This document shows positions 24,458 to 37,261 of a stretch of 64,000 nt of DNA, piece after piece (position 1 is the stretch's first letter; each line of letters begins with the position of its first letter). Made by a program: the position numbers and the translations under genes. The notes below the pieces were generated by a model, which had not been told where the DNA came from, did no database searches, and was given only the letters and a program-made list of their open reading frames with translations. The DNA lies in contig NIVC01000114.1 in assembly GCA_002269645.1 (NCBI GenBank), positions 496,001-560,000 on the forward strand. The letters are read 5' to 3'. This DNA comes from Macrostomum lignano (taxonomy: Eukaryota).

Positions 24458-26006
24458 CAGTGTTGGGCACTTCCGTTACCGAGTAACTTGCAAATGGTAA
24501 CGCAAGTTACTTTTTCGTAAAGCGTTCCTTACGCAAGTTACTTTTTTATTTTAGTAACGGAGTAACGGTAAGTTACTCAAATTTCGGAAGTCCGTTACAG
24601 TTACTTTTCAACAATCGCCATATTTAAATTTAAAACTGAAATTCTTAGCTAGTACGCCGGTTGTCACATGTTTTTGCATTTTTCATTCCTAAATTCAAAA
24701 TTAAGTAATAGTATCATATGGTATTGCGCTTAATTATTGAAGAAATACTTGAAACATGTTTTACTTTGTTAATTTCCGTAAAATATTTTCGCCTTTCATT
24801 TTCGATCGTTACTAAAAATTTTCTAGGTTTGATTCAAACAAAAAACCAAAGAAAGAAATTCATCTGTAGCCTCCACAAGTCCCTCCACTGGCACTGCAGT
24901 ACCAAGGACGACTTAAGTAGAAGGACGGGAAACCTCGTTTCTTAGAAAAGTTTTGAAGGCACTTTTTCCCGAAAAAATACACTACGGAGATAGGAAGTTT
25001 TCATTTTTTCAGCACAAAAATTGTTATTGCGTTTGATAGGAGGCAGATCCAGTGTTCATCTTTTGATATGTTGTACCTTTTTTATTGCTCTATCGATATT
25101 TATAAAGCTTTTCGTTCAGAAAATTAGGATTCTATGTTAATTTTTTATTCTACGTATATTTTCGCGTGTCTTGTGCTTGAAATACATTAGAATGCCACGG
25201 CTCGGCTCTTTAGCTTCATGAGTCTTTTTTATAATTCTTACCCGACTGTGTAGCAAATATTTGTAACAGAGATGATAAAATAGGTTCATAAAACCAAATA
25301 TTGGAGCTGTGTCATGCATTTTTGTGATTTTTAGATACAGGAAATATACGTAGAATAAAAAATTAACATAGAATCCTAATTTTCTGAACGAAAAGCTTTA
25401 AAAATATCGATAGAGCAATAAAAAAGGCACAACATATCAAAAGATGAACACTGGATCTGCCTCCTATCAAACGCAATAACAATTTTTGTGCTGAAAAAAT
25501 GAAAACTTCCTATCTCCGTAGTGTATTTTTTCGGGAAAAAGTGCCTTCAGAACTTTTCTAGGAAACGAGGTTTCCCGTCCTTCTACTTAAGTCGTCCTTG
25601 TGCAGTACACTAGACCATTTTATACAGTTCTATTTATTTTACTCTATTGAATTTTTGATATTCGTTTATTTTATCATTTATAATTTTAATTATTGATTGC
25701 CATTGCCCATTGGTCCTTCTACTTGCCTCACATCGTGTCGCCAATTCCTGTCTCTGTCTGTTAATCGGTTAATCCCAATGCCCAATGGCAAATTTCGGTA
25801 ACAACAATGTGAAAAAATGTGCAATGTGAAAAAAGCAGAAAATTTTGTTAATAACATGGGTAACGGAAGTGAGTAACGGACAGTAACTTAAAAGTTACCA
25901 GGTTTTTGTCTAAAGTTACTAGGCTAACGTAAGTTACTTTTTAAAAATTGGTAACTTAAGTTACAGTAACGCAAGTTACTTTTTTTGAGTAACTTGCCCA
26001 ACACTG
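24458..26006. mobile_element. Non-autonomous hAT-like element with 8-bp TSD
   Basis: Termini CAGTGTTGGGCA...TGCCCAACACTG. TSD caagttat at 24450-57 and 26007-14. Subterminal gtaac/gttac motif clusters. Confidence 0.88.
24903..25600. mobile_element. P-like MITE nested in the hAT element
   Basis: TIRs of about 260 bp starting CAAGGACGAC (fits the CANRG P-superfamily terminus). 8-bp TSD tgcagtac at 24895-24902 and 25601-08. Confidence 0.85.
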
Positions 26007-28039
26007 CAAGTTATAAATTAGTAGTCTAGCAAGCTTAAAACTAACCAAAAGTGTAATAAATTACACAAGACAACTCTAAATTAATAGGGTGAAAAGAAAT
26101 TTGAATGTTTTGAATATGTTAACTCAATTTAATTCAATTGACTATTTAAATCTGTGTTATTAAAATTATTCCTATGAATAAATTATAATAAAGCCACGAT
26201 TCACAGCGTTGCTTAAGCTAGGCCGAAACAATTGGGCAATACTGGAAATAGTGTTTAAATCAGCGTTACACGCAGAATAAAATCCCTCGTTACTGTTGCT
26301 ATAGGCTTGTAGAACTTAAGATATTTTTACACTAATTGTAACAAGTTCACAGAATTCAAAGAGCAAAGAGGTTCCGTGTCCACAGTTTACCCTACTCGTG
26401 CAATTAAAGAATTAATTAAGAATTGCCATGACATTTCACGTAAAAATTTACATTTAAAAATAAACAGCTTTTTTTACCCGCTTAAACAAATCCTTTCCGT
26501 TAGTAACGATATAGGTAAATATATAGAAAGAATTTATTTTATAGCTAATTTTTTTTATTTAGTTGACTTTTTAATTTGAAAAGGGTCAAGTCTATGCTGT
26601 TGCAACAGGTGATTTCGAGTAACTTACTGGCATCAGTAATTCCTAAATTTGTGCTTATAATTTAATTTTTATAATAATCATTATTTAACGTCAGATAATT
26701 GTTCCACTTCAGTCTGCATGAGAGCTTTTGTCGTTGCAAACCAAGGGCGCGTTTGTTAAGGCAGGGAGCTTGCAGTTGATCCGACGGATTGACTGCATTC
26801 ATGTGGGTGGTAATTAGCCGATTCGCCACTGCTGTAAAACTATACAACTAATACCAACATGTGACATAGTAAAATCTAGCACTTGGTTTAGCGTCATTAC
26901 TAATCTGAATACAATCAATATTATAATTGAGATGCAGCGTTTTCTAACATTGCTCCCCGAGTCCACGTTTGTAAAAATAATTAAATCAAAATGGCGCATC
27001 AGATACTATTGTTGGCCAGTGTCGGTGTAGATAGGGAATAAGATAAAATGAATGTAACACTTAAAAATATTTTAGTCTCAGTCGCCTATAATTTTAATTT
27101 GTGAAGCAGCGAGCAGCTACGAATACATGTAAGTTTTCTCGATTTGATCTTGTGTCAAAAAAATAAAAAAACAACGTGCGCACAATGCCTTTGTTTTTAA
27201 CGCACATTTACTTAGCCACGGAATATATTGAATGATCAAATTATTTCGGCTTCTCTCTGTACTCAATCGGCGATTCAATCAAAGCCATCGAAAAAATAGA
27301 ACGAACGGCCGCCGGCAATGCCGCTAGTAGTAGTACTGTATGTGTACATGTACGCGATTATACGCGATCGATTATAAACGAAATCGGCACGCTTCGTGCT
27401 CTAGTTTATTTCTATTTCAGAGCAACTCTAACAAACCAGGGACGCTGATTCTAGTCGAGCCGGTGCTTTCGTGGATGAGGCAATGAACATAGCTAGTTGA
27501 GCGTCGGCTGGACCGACTAGCTAAGCAGGACATTATTAGCAAGAGTGCCGTGTGTGACCCTGCTCGCAAGTCGACCTATACCGTACAGTCTCTATAGCTA
27601 AGACGATATATAGGTCTGCTCGATTATGCAGATGCCGGCAAGACGCGTCAAGTGCCTGGTGAATATGATCCAGGTAGAGCAATGTGACAAACGAGATATT
27701 CAGCAGCGCATCGACACGCTGAAAAAGCGCTTCTCGTAAGTAAAACCCCAGAGAAACTTTTAACTACTAAAAGTGCCCCCGTTTTTCCGCGCATCATACG
27801 CATTTCCACGAGGGATCCTCCCGGGCATTGTTTAATGACGAGCAGTTCCTGTTTCCTGCGGGTTACCTGTTTTGGCCGGGCCAAAACAGATTGTTGGACA
27901 ACTCTGAAACAAAGGTAGCTAGCGGTCCGGTCACACTGGCATATACGCCAAGCACGTTGGCGATTACTTACGTGGATGAAAAACAAGTTCGACGTCACCA
28001 CTATCTCAGTGCCGCGAGACCGCCGCAAAATGCCTAGCT

Positions 28040-29230
28040 GCTTCCACCTGAAGAGAAATTAACCCAAGAAAATCGGAGGCTGTGAAACCATGGCGTGCGC
28101 AAACTACTCGTAAGACCAAGTCGTCCATCGCCATTCTGGGTGGCGATAGAGGAGCAGGCAGCGGAACAGCGGGATGTCGGAGCTCCGGTATGGGACCAGC
28201 ATGTACATGTATAGCTATATCGTCCTCTGAAAGGGAGCGGCGCAGCACGTAATTCACGACCATGATGAAAAGCAGGGGAGCCAGCGTGTTGCCCTGCAGG
28301 ACGCCGGAGATTGTGCTGAACCCATCGGTGGGGGCCGTCGCTCATCCGCACAAACGCCCAGAAATCACTACAGGTCCATCACCGCAGCTACCAGTACAGG
28401 GGGAACGCCGTAGTAGGACCACAACCACTCGATCGCAAGCCTGAGCACGAAAGTTCACGAAGACGATCGACACGGAGCGTTGGCGGGTCTTGCAGGCCTG
28501 ATGTATTGGACCTGACAGGTCTTTGCGATGATGCGTTCCTGCGCAATGCCTCGCTAGTTTTCAGGCTGGTAGAGGCCCCCACTTCGGGATCAAAACGATC
28601 TTGGAGGAGGCCGCCATTGTGGTGGGGCCCATGCAGCTAGCCTTACCGCCTCCAAGACTGCAAGTGCTTTTTCAACAGGCGGTTCCAAACAACAGGAGTT
28701 ATTAGCTCGGGCAGCTTCAGGATACCGGAGGGAATGGAATCGACCCCAGAGTCTGCATTAGCGCGCATGGTCTTCAAGACCCGGCAAACTTCCTCGGAAG
28801 AAAAAGAGCCAGTGTTGAAGGAGTCGGCTGGATTGGCCAGCAGGGGCAAAATTGGGTATCGATCACAGTTGTGGCAGCGTTGTGGCGGCAGTTGTCGGTC
28901 GCTAGTTGAATTTTGCTCACTGCTTCTTTGATGAAGATCTCGGTACCGCTGAGCGTAGATGCTCTACAGCTGGTCCGGAGTAGTACTGGCCTCGTAGCTT
29001 TTCGTAGCCGTGAATAGCAGTGGCGCGCTGCAACTGTTGCTTTGCCCGGAGAATTTCCAGGTCGTTGTCCTACAGCGTCTTGGGTCGATTTGCTTTCAGC
29101 CGTGGCAGGACGGCAGACTGAAAGAGTCAGCAGACTGGTCGAATGCTTCAGCTTAATCCAGCGTTGGTCGATGTCACAGGCCACCAGGCTGTGGTCAGAC
29201 TTCATGCAGATTCGCACTTTCAGCACTTTT
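28040..29230 (-). mobile_element. Degenerate non-LTR retrotransposon (LINE) fragment: end of APE endonuclease plus part of RT
   Basis: Frameshifted pieces SDHSLVACDI (APE end), SSEEVCRVLKTMR...GVDSIP, GVLQGNTLAPLLFIMVVNYVL and a degenerate ADD box (MDDLVL). Confidence 0.8.
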
Positions 29231-32200
29231 GCGATATCCCTGATACATGTATCAGACTAAATAAAAACACAATTTTTGAGATTCCAATGTGGACAAAAAT
29301 GCATTTTTTCCATTTTCTCTCTTTTGTTTTTCGCTCTTTACATATATATTTACACCCATCTGAAAACGCCATAGCTATTGAAGTACAGGCACCATAGTTG
29401 TACCTTTAGGCCTTCTAAAGTGCCTCTTCGATCGAAGCCTTCTCTAGTAGGGTAAGGTAAATGTAGTTGCTGCCACCAGTCCTCCGGGTCTCAGTCTTTG
29501 GTGAGGTGAGCGTCCAGTCGGAACGAAATTAGGCAAGTCGAGAAAGCTCAACACTTCGTGCAAATTTAGGATTTTGGCGACTAATCAGCAGATCCTGTCG
29601 GGGCTCAGCGGGTGATTGCCGTGGTTAGTAGTCTGGGTTTGAGATAAGCACTTGATCGAGACAATGTTTGATTTGCAAATGCAGACAACTCCCGTCGAGC
29701 TCAAAAACTGGGAGTGAATCCTTAACGGAAAGAAGGCTGAAAGGGCTCGTAGTTATAACCTAGCTAGGGCAACCCCCATTGCGTCAGAGCACCCAAGATA
29801 TTGCGTGACGCTGTATCTATTTTTAGAAACTGACATCATGCTGCCTTAGAGAAGGCAAGGGTGCCTGGGCATGGAAACATGATTTCCGCCATAAGCAGTG
29901 ATTAACCGTGCAATAATAAAGGTGTCACTGTACTTCGGATTGCGAGAAAATAGAGATTTTCATGTGACTTGCTCACATGACAAAGGGAGAGACGGGCCAC
30001 CAGTAAAAGCACCAGTGACCGCTGCACGCAGAGGAAAGGAAGAGCATATGCAGGCCACACAGCCTAAGCTGCTCAGTGGCTCCAAACGAAACCAGGGAAA
30101 ATAGGGGAGTGAGGCGGGAAGCAGGCAGAACGAAGGGGGGAGCTCAGCCCCTCACCAGAAAACAGGCAGACCTAGAGCGAGAGAAGCTGCTGACTCGAGT
30201 GAGACACCTAACGGTAATTCTAGCTCGTACTGGCTCACCACACTATTGGTTGGGGTAACAGTAGGCGCAATAACACAGCGTTTCCTTGTGTGAATCTGCC
30301 TGGTGAATTACCGGAATGTATCTGTTCAACGACTCTTGCCCTGAATTTTGCGCGAAGTAGCGTTAAGATTTCGTCACACAAAAACAATTTATACCGGATC
30401 ACTTTTGCACTACCAGAGCTACCAAAACAGGGTTTGCTATCCTGTTTTGCATAAAATTATCTTGTCATGATATCCGTTTTGTTTTGCCAGAGAGAGTGCA
30501 ATAATATCGGATTTATCAAATCAAATAAAAACGGACCAGATGAAGTGTGGTTCGACCCAACTAAGAAGGTTTAAGAAACCCAGACTGCCGGGCGCTGAAG
30601 TTGTCCTGTGACCGTCACTTCAGGCTTATCTTTGTGTATAGATTCAGGTTCAGCCGCCTACTCATTGTTTAGCAATTTGACGATCATTATTCACATTTTT
30701 AATGCAGAACAATCCATTACTACAAACAATGCATTGTCTGTAGGATCGTCAAACAGAAAAACAATGCAAAGAATCAGCGGTACGCAGCACGTGATAACGA
30801 TTTGTCTATGGCTCGCGCCTACCGGCGCTCGCCAGACAATCGTTGTCACGCACTGGGACCGCTGATTATTTATCCATTATTAATTTGAGGTAGATACAGA
30901 TAATTTTGAACTCAAACCTGTCGGTTAAAAAAAGTTGTGCGTAGTCAAAACTTGTCGTTTAATATTCTTGCCGGCTGAGTTGATTTGCTGAAACACACAG
31001 AAGTTTTAATTAATTTTATCCAAACCTGGAAAGCCAAGAGATCGTATTACGTTTTAAGGCATTTGTTTGCAAAGAGATTTAACGACTGAGTCAGTCAGTC
31101 AAAGCGAGTCAGTCAAAGTGTCCATTAGAAATGTTTTTGCTTCTATGGGTTTAAACACGGCAAAAAGGTGGAGAAGCCACTGATTTTTTTATTTCTACTT
31201 TGAAGCAATACCAGTTGCTGTAAAAAAGTAGCAACAAACTTTAAGATCAGTTTTACATGTAAATTCAGTCTTATATATGATAAGAAACAAGACCACAAAA
31301 ATAAGGCAAACCTCTATTAGTGAAGTTTTAAATCGCGAATGCTTTAAAAATATTAATAACAATTAAAATTTACAGTAAAGCGAACATAGAAATTTTTTTT
31401 CTAATTTAAGACTGCGTTTACCAAAAAATCTTCCAATACGCGTTTAACTGAACTTGATGCACAATCATTAAACGGGTATGTAACCATTCTCAATAAAAAT
31501 CTATATTCCACAAATTATGTCATGTGCCGATTTTTTATGCAACGCATTTCGTGAACCTTAAATAGCTACATGCAAGTACACGTCGTCACTAATGATTTAT
31601 AAAGTGTTCGAAATTCAAAACAACAGAATGCGAACATAAAGCTACAGCAAAAAAATACGTTTTAGAAAACTTAATTAATAATGGTTTCCGCTGTCTTACG
31701 CTCGTAACAAAGCATGCAATTATTTTTTCGTAAAGAAAACAAAAACTATGATGGGAAAACAGTTAAAAATCTTACAATCAGGTATATGCCCGAAAGGCTA
31801 CTGCAGCTGTACTTATAAAAATCACATCTAATGATTAAACGAATGCCATAGAAAAAATTCATTTAACCATACGGAATCCCAATCTGTCACACGAGAGCTT
31901 CACCTTGCATCTACGACTACTAATCTGGTGCAATCTTCGCATGCTGTTTTGTTATATTTTAAGGTTCTTAGTGCATTTGTAAATAGTTTCAACCCTTTGT
32001 TATAACTATGTGTCGTTTATTATACCTTGCCGAAGAAATATGACATTTTAAAACACACTTTCGTTAGTTTTCTACGTGTAGCTAGATACAGTGAAGGTAC
32101 GACTTTTTTACCTTTTTTCTTTTGACAAAGGTGCAGAACATTCTCGGCAGAAAGGCTATGGAGCACAAATGCTTATTTATTACGAGACAGACTTCAAAAA

Positions 32201-32406
32201 AATTATTGGTGGTTATGCTTTTTGGTCTATTATTTGATTACATTAGCTCTGCTGACCCTTCGGTAGTTGAAAGTTTAAATAGCTCAGAGTGAAATAATAT
32301 GGAATGAAAAGAATTAGCAACGGCAATGTGAAAAGCCGAATGTGCGTCACAAATTGGGAGCAGCGGTACGCAAGCTTGTCCTTATAGACTTGTAACAGTA
32401 TCGGAT

Positions 32407-35400
32407 TCATGTGGATGCGTGATGCTGCTGCTCAGCAAGCTCTAAAAGCTTGTCAAGTTTCGACTCCATGTCTTTTATTCGACGCCTTTGTCGCGTCATT
32501 CGCTCTTCGAGTTTTGTCAATTTTTCAACACTTTCATTTCTTCGTTCATTTAGCTCCTCCAGCAATGTTTGAATTTGGCGGTTCTCCTGCGTTTCTTGGG
32601 TGAGATCGTACTCCGGCGTTGCAGTTCGTTCCGAATGATCCATTTCTCTACTTTTCTGCTTACTGTCATTCGGCGAATCGTGTCTGTGCTGCCTGTCCTC
32701 TTCTTTTCGCTTAAAATTTTCCAGCATTTCCTGCAGCTCCGATTTTAAATCGGAAAGCTCGTTTGCCGTGCGTGCCGTCACCAGGTCAAAGTCGTTTTTG
32801 TTCCACTGGGAGTCGCGAAGCAGTCGATGTCGGCATCTGCGGAACTGAATTGCTTGGAACTGGAGAAATCGCAGGTAATCTGCGGGGTAGCGCTTTTCGT
32901 CCATCCACCACTTTGCATAATCATCCTGAAAGCGTATTAAGGGGTAGAAAAAATTTAAAACTCAATGAAACCTGACGTAAAAAACGTAGCAAATGGAGCG
33001 ATGCAAAACTTACCTCAAATTGTTTATAGTCAGGGTGAGTTTCAAAGTCACATGTCGCTAAGCTGCTCACGTCGTTTTTGCAACAGTATTTGCAAATTTT
33101 CTTGTTTATGAAGCAAATTAAGCTTAAAGTGTGCTCCAGAAAAGAAAAGGGAGGAGGAAGCGTTGTCATTTTCTTGTACTCCTGTAGCACCTGAAAGTAC
33201 TTTTTTCTCCAGATGCCGATGGCCACGCCGTACATTTGGGTGACTCGCAAATTGAAGAGCGCGATCAGCAGGTTCATCATCACCACATTCACCAGGCCCA
33301 GGAAAATGAATATTAGCAGTTGATAAAACCACTCATGGCCTGGTTTGATAGCGACTTTTCCTAACTTTGTGCTGTCTGGAGAAGAACTGAACTCGATCTG
33401 GTCGAAGTTGTTAAACAGCAAGTTAAACGGCAGGGTGGCAGTTTGAACAAACACTTCCCATCCATAGTACGGATTGTCAACGTCAGCTTTAGGAGCCCAA
33501 GTAAAAGAAAACAGCAAGCAGGTAAAAAAGACTCCAAAAGAGCAGAATATTACCATCAGTATCAGCAGAAATGGTAGCAAGTCAAAAAATATTAAATTCC
33601 CAAGCATGCTTATCATGGGTCCGACACTATAAAATTTCCCAAGAAACGATACAGATCGAAAACAGAAAAGTGCGTATGATGTTCCAAGAATCATCTGACT
33701 TGGATAGGCGTCTTCCGACTTAAAACCTTTAGAGTAATAAAAGTACCTTGTGCCCAGTCCGAAGAGTAGCAACGAAAGGGCAGCGATATCGAGCATATTC
33801 TGCCAGTCTCTGACGTATGGGTTAACCCACTTCACGCGCTTACCTAAGATTACTAAAGCTTTCTTTCCTTTTAATCGTTTTATTTCCCGCAACTCTTGCA
33901 GGAGGAACGAAAAAAAGTACGCCACAAGAACTGCATCCACAGGACCCATCCAGAAAGTTTTCTGAAAATTTATAACGTACCAGCCAAAGAAAGCAAGAAA
34001 CACAATAAAGGTGAATATTTGGCTCAAGAATTTTGCTTTTGGAGAGTTTAGTTTCGAAAATTTTGACTGGCTGGTGAAAAATCTTTTGGAGGCGCTGCAT
34101 AAAAGACAGTTTCCACAACATCCATGTTCCTTTGAGCAAGAGGAGATGGGTTCTCTCCACTCTACTTTCGTCAGATAATAGATGCAGTCGGTTGCAAAAA
34201 GATCCGAGCAATCGGCTTCCTTCACAAGGTCAAGTACGCTGCCGTAATTTATTCTCTCACTTCCATCAGAGACTCGGTATGGAAACTTAGGCCCCAAAAA
34301 TTCGCTGTACTTTTTCATCGATTTTTCTTCGTTGGTCAGAGTTAAGGGTGTTAACTCTCCTTTAATGTATTTAAACAGCAGCTCCCTCTCAGCGCCTTCA
34401 GCGTTAATAAACAACTCATTTAATGCGTTCATTGCAATGTTAGTTACTTTCCTCTGCAGTTGAAGCAATTGCTCATGCTTGTCTTCTGACTTAGCTTGCA
34501 ATTCAACTATTTTCGGACCCAGATGGATGAGCAAGCTGAGGCAGCACGGAATCAGCTCAAATTGTCGAGTCAAAATCAGATCCGGCATAATCTCGTCACG
34601 GTAGAAGAAGGCGGCCAAGTCTAAAATTTCCAATTCAAAAGCAGCATCGACGTGAGTCATTTGCTTGAATACGTTCTGTCGAGGGAAACCGTTTCGAAGG
34701 AGATCTTTCTCGTTTTTGAGTGCATCAAGGAAATAGCTAGTGAAAGACTCCCCTGTTTCACGCGTTACCATGTCCAGGCTAAGTGCAGAGCGAAATATTT
34801 TTGTGGAGTCCATTTCTAGCGCTCTGATCAGCACAATTTTATCCCTCATATGTTTCTTTGTGTTTAAGCCGTGGCTTTGCTTTGTGGCTCTATATTCGTT
34901 CATGATGGGCGCCAGAGTCTTTCTAGCGTCTTGCCTGTCAGGAAGCTTTAGCGCCCTATGAGGCGGATCTAGAAGACGGCACATGTCAATTGTTTTGATT
35001 GCTTTGCGAGAATCATATAAATCACGACTAACCGTTAGTGGATCGGTTCTGTCATGTTGCGGACTTTCAGTTTTAATTAAAACCCCCTCCTGAATTTTTT
35101 TGTTATATTCTCTAGCAGCCTGCGCAAGGTCATCAAATTTTCCGTTTTCAAAGGCGAAGTCCACGCAAGTTTGCCCCGAATGAGACGTTGACCAAAGGCT
35201 TAAGCCTTTCGAAAGCAAAAACACAATGTTTTCGCGATGGCCATAAGCGCAGGCAAAATGCAAGCATGTCTCTCCGTGTTCATTGTTCCCGCAAGATGGC
35301 GGATTTACTTTCTTCTTGATCAGTTTTAAGACTTGAGACTCAGGATCTCCAGTTACTTTTGATAATTTTGCGATTATATGTAGCATAGTTGTCGACTGCT

Positions 35401-37192
35401 CGCCCTGTGTAGATACTGACTGCTGAAGGCTGTACTGCCCGGAAAACGTGTGAATAACGTGGGCACCAGTCGCTGAATTTACGAGTAGTTTATCGAAGAT
35501 CTTTGTTGCTTTTTTGTCTTTAACTTTACGAAGCAGCTTGCACAGAATTGAAGCATCAAGTTTTGTTGCATGCAGGCAGTTCAGACTGAGGTTGTTTACA
35601 GCTTCAGGATTTACATTGGCTTCATTAACAAGCCACATGAATCGATTAAATATTTGCTGTTCAACTCCATCATAAGTGAGTCTACTCTGCATCAGTGAAT
35701 GCAGTAGTGTATTTCCTGCTCTATCGGTTCGGATGAGCTCATCCTGTGGCATTTTTTTAATCAAAGACTCTACAGTTTCGTGCTGTTGATCGGGCTCAGA
35801 TGGACCCATCGCATCGATTGCCAGGTGAAGTACTGATTGATTTTTGTTGTTTCGCTTGCTTAAAATCGAATGAGCTCCATTCTGCTGCGTTAAACTATAG
35901 TGTTTGATAATTTCATTAAGCACCTCATACTTGTCTTTTCTCTTTGCTGCGATGTGGATAGCTGTGTTTCCGTCTTTGTCGCGGATTAGTAGGCTATCGA
36001 CAGACTTTAGCTCGCCGAGCAGTTTTTTTACAGTTTCGAGTCTACAATTTTCCATAGCGTAATGAAGAACCGTAGATTTGCGCTTGTTTTGATCAAGAAG
36101 GCAATGCTGGTGGTCACCTTCTACCGAGATGCTTTTGTACTGTTGAACTCCAGATTTACTTAAATAGGACAATTTTTTCTGAGGTACAGGCCTTTTTTTA
36201 TGGGCTGGTTCCATAGTTTCTTGCTCTCGAGCATGCTGCAATGCAGCCTTCAGTAGCGCTGCATCTTTGCCTTGGCACTGAGCCATCGCATGCAGATAGG
36301 TGTTTCCCTGACTGTCCTTCTGCTCTAGCAGCTTCGTTAACGACACTTTAGAAGCAGCGTCATCAATGAGTTTCATTGCTGTTTCTTCGCTGTAGTGTTT
36401 CAGGGCCAAATGTAGAACTGTCTCCTTTTTGTCATTATTTGATGCTTCTTTGCTAGTAGAAGATAAACTTATACTATACCACGGTTTTAAGATGCTAATG
36501 GCATCGAAATTATTATTTTTGGCAGCAAAGTGCACTACGGTATAGTTGTCGACGTCTTTTTCTGTAAAGACATCGCTAGTCTTCCCTATGCTATCGAGGA
36601 TCTCCTTGAGAGCTTCCTCGCTTCGGAAATACTGAAGTACATGGTGTAATACAGTTTCTTCTCTGTTATTCTTCCAATTCCAGCAAACTCCAAAAGCATG
36701 GTCCTTCACGGTGAGCACCATTTTGTAGTCATTCGCGTTTTGAGCAGCCCAGTGAGCGCACGTGTCTCCGTTTGAATCTTTGTAGTTTGAGAGGTTAACA
36801 GACTTGATAAGTTTGAAATTTGACCTCCAGGACGGCGGCGAGTGATAGCGAGCAGACAAGTGCAGCGGGGTTATATTGTCCAAGTCACGACTTTGCAGAC
36901 AGGTTGCTCCGAACTTCTGAACTAAAGCTGTCAGCGCGTCTTCTCCATTCTGATGCATGGCTGCAAAGTGAGCTGCCGTCCGACGATTGTCATCTTCTAG
37001 TAATTCTAGCTTTTCGAAGTCTTTAATGATATCAATTACCACCTGAAAGTCGTAACTTTTTGCGTAGAAGAGCAGACCTTTGTTTTGATTATTATCGACC
37101 TCTTCTGCGTCCCAAAAAGTAGGTGAACTTTCAAGCCAGCATTTTTCAACATCCGCAATTTGCTTTACATGTGCTCCAGCCGTTTCAGCCAT
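32407..37192 (-). CDS. Ankyrin-repeat TRP channel with TRPM-like core, paralog 1, 1565 aa
   Basis: Exons 37192-33014 and 32925-32407, with an 88-nt phase-0 intron (GAG|gtaagt...ttcag|GAT). About 14-16 ankyrin motifs (TPLHLSA, TVLHLAL, TAIHIAA, TCLHFACAYG). Six hydrophobic segments with SPKAKF, ELREI, DWQNMLD, VGPMISML and MNLLIALF. TRP-box region IWRKKY..LQEY..LPPPF and a C-terminal coiled coil. Confidence 0.9.
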
Positions 37193-37261
37193 CTTTAGAA
37201 AATGACGATTTTGCTCACTGACGGCAGAAACTGCAAAGACATATGGTTAAACATGATCTAG

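Noticed and set aside
29425-29450. Helitron-like 3' end (cttcgatcgaag hairpin followed by CTAGT)
   Set aside because: It is a single short motif with no supporting 5' end or Rep/Hel remnant, so it is compatible with chance.
29462-30260. Possible solo LTR (TG...CA, GC-richer block)
   Set aside because: The flanks (gtaaa vs gtagg) do not form a TSD and there is no second copy in the window.
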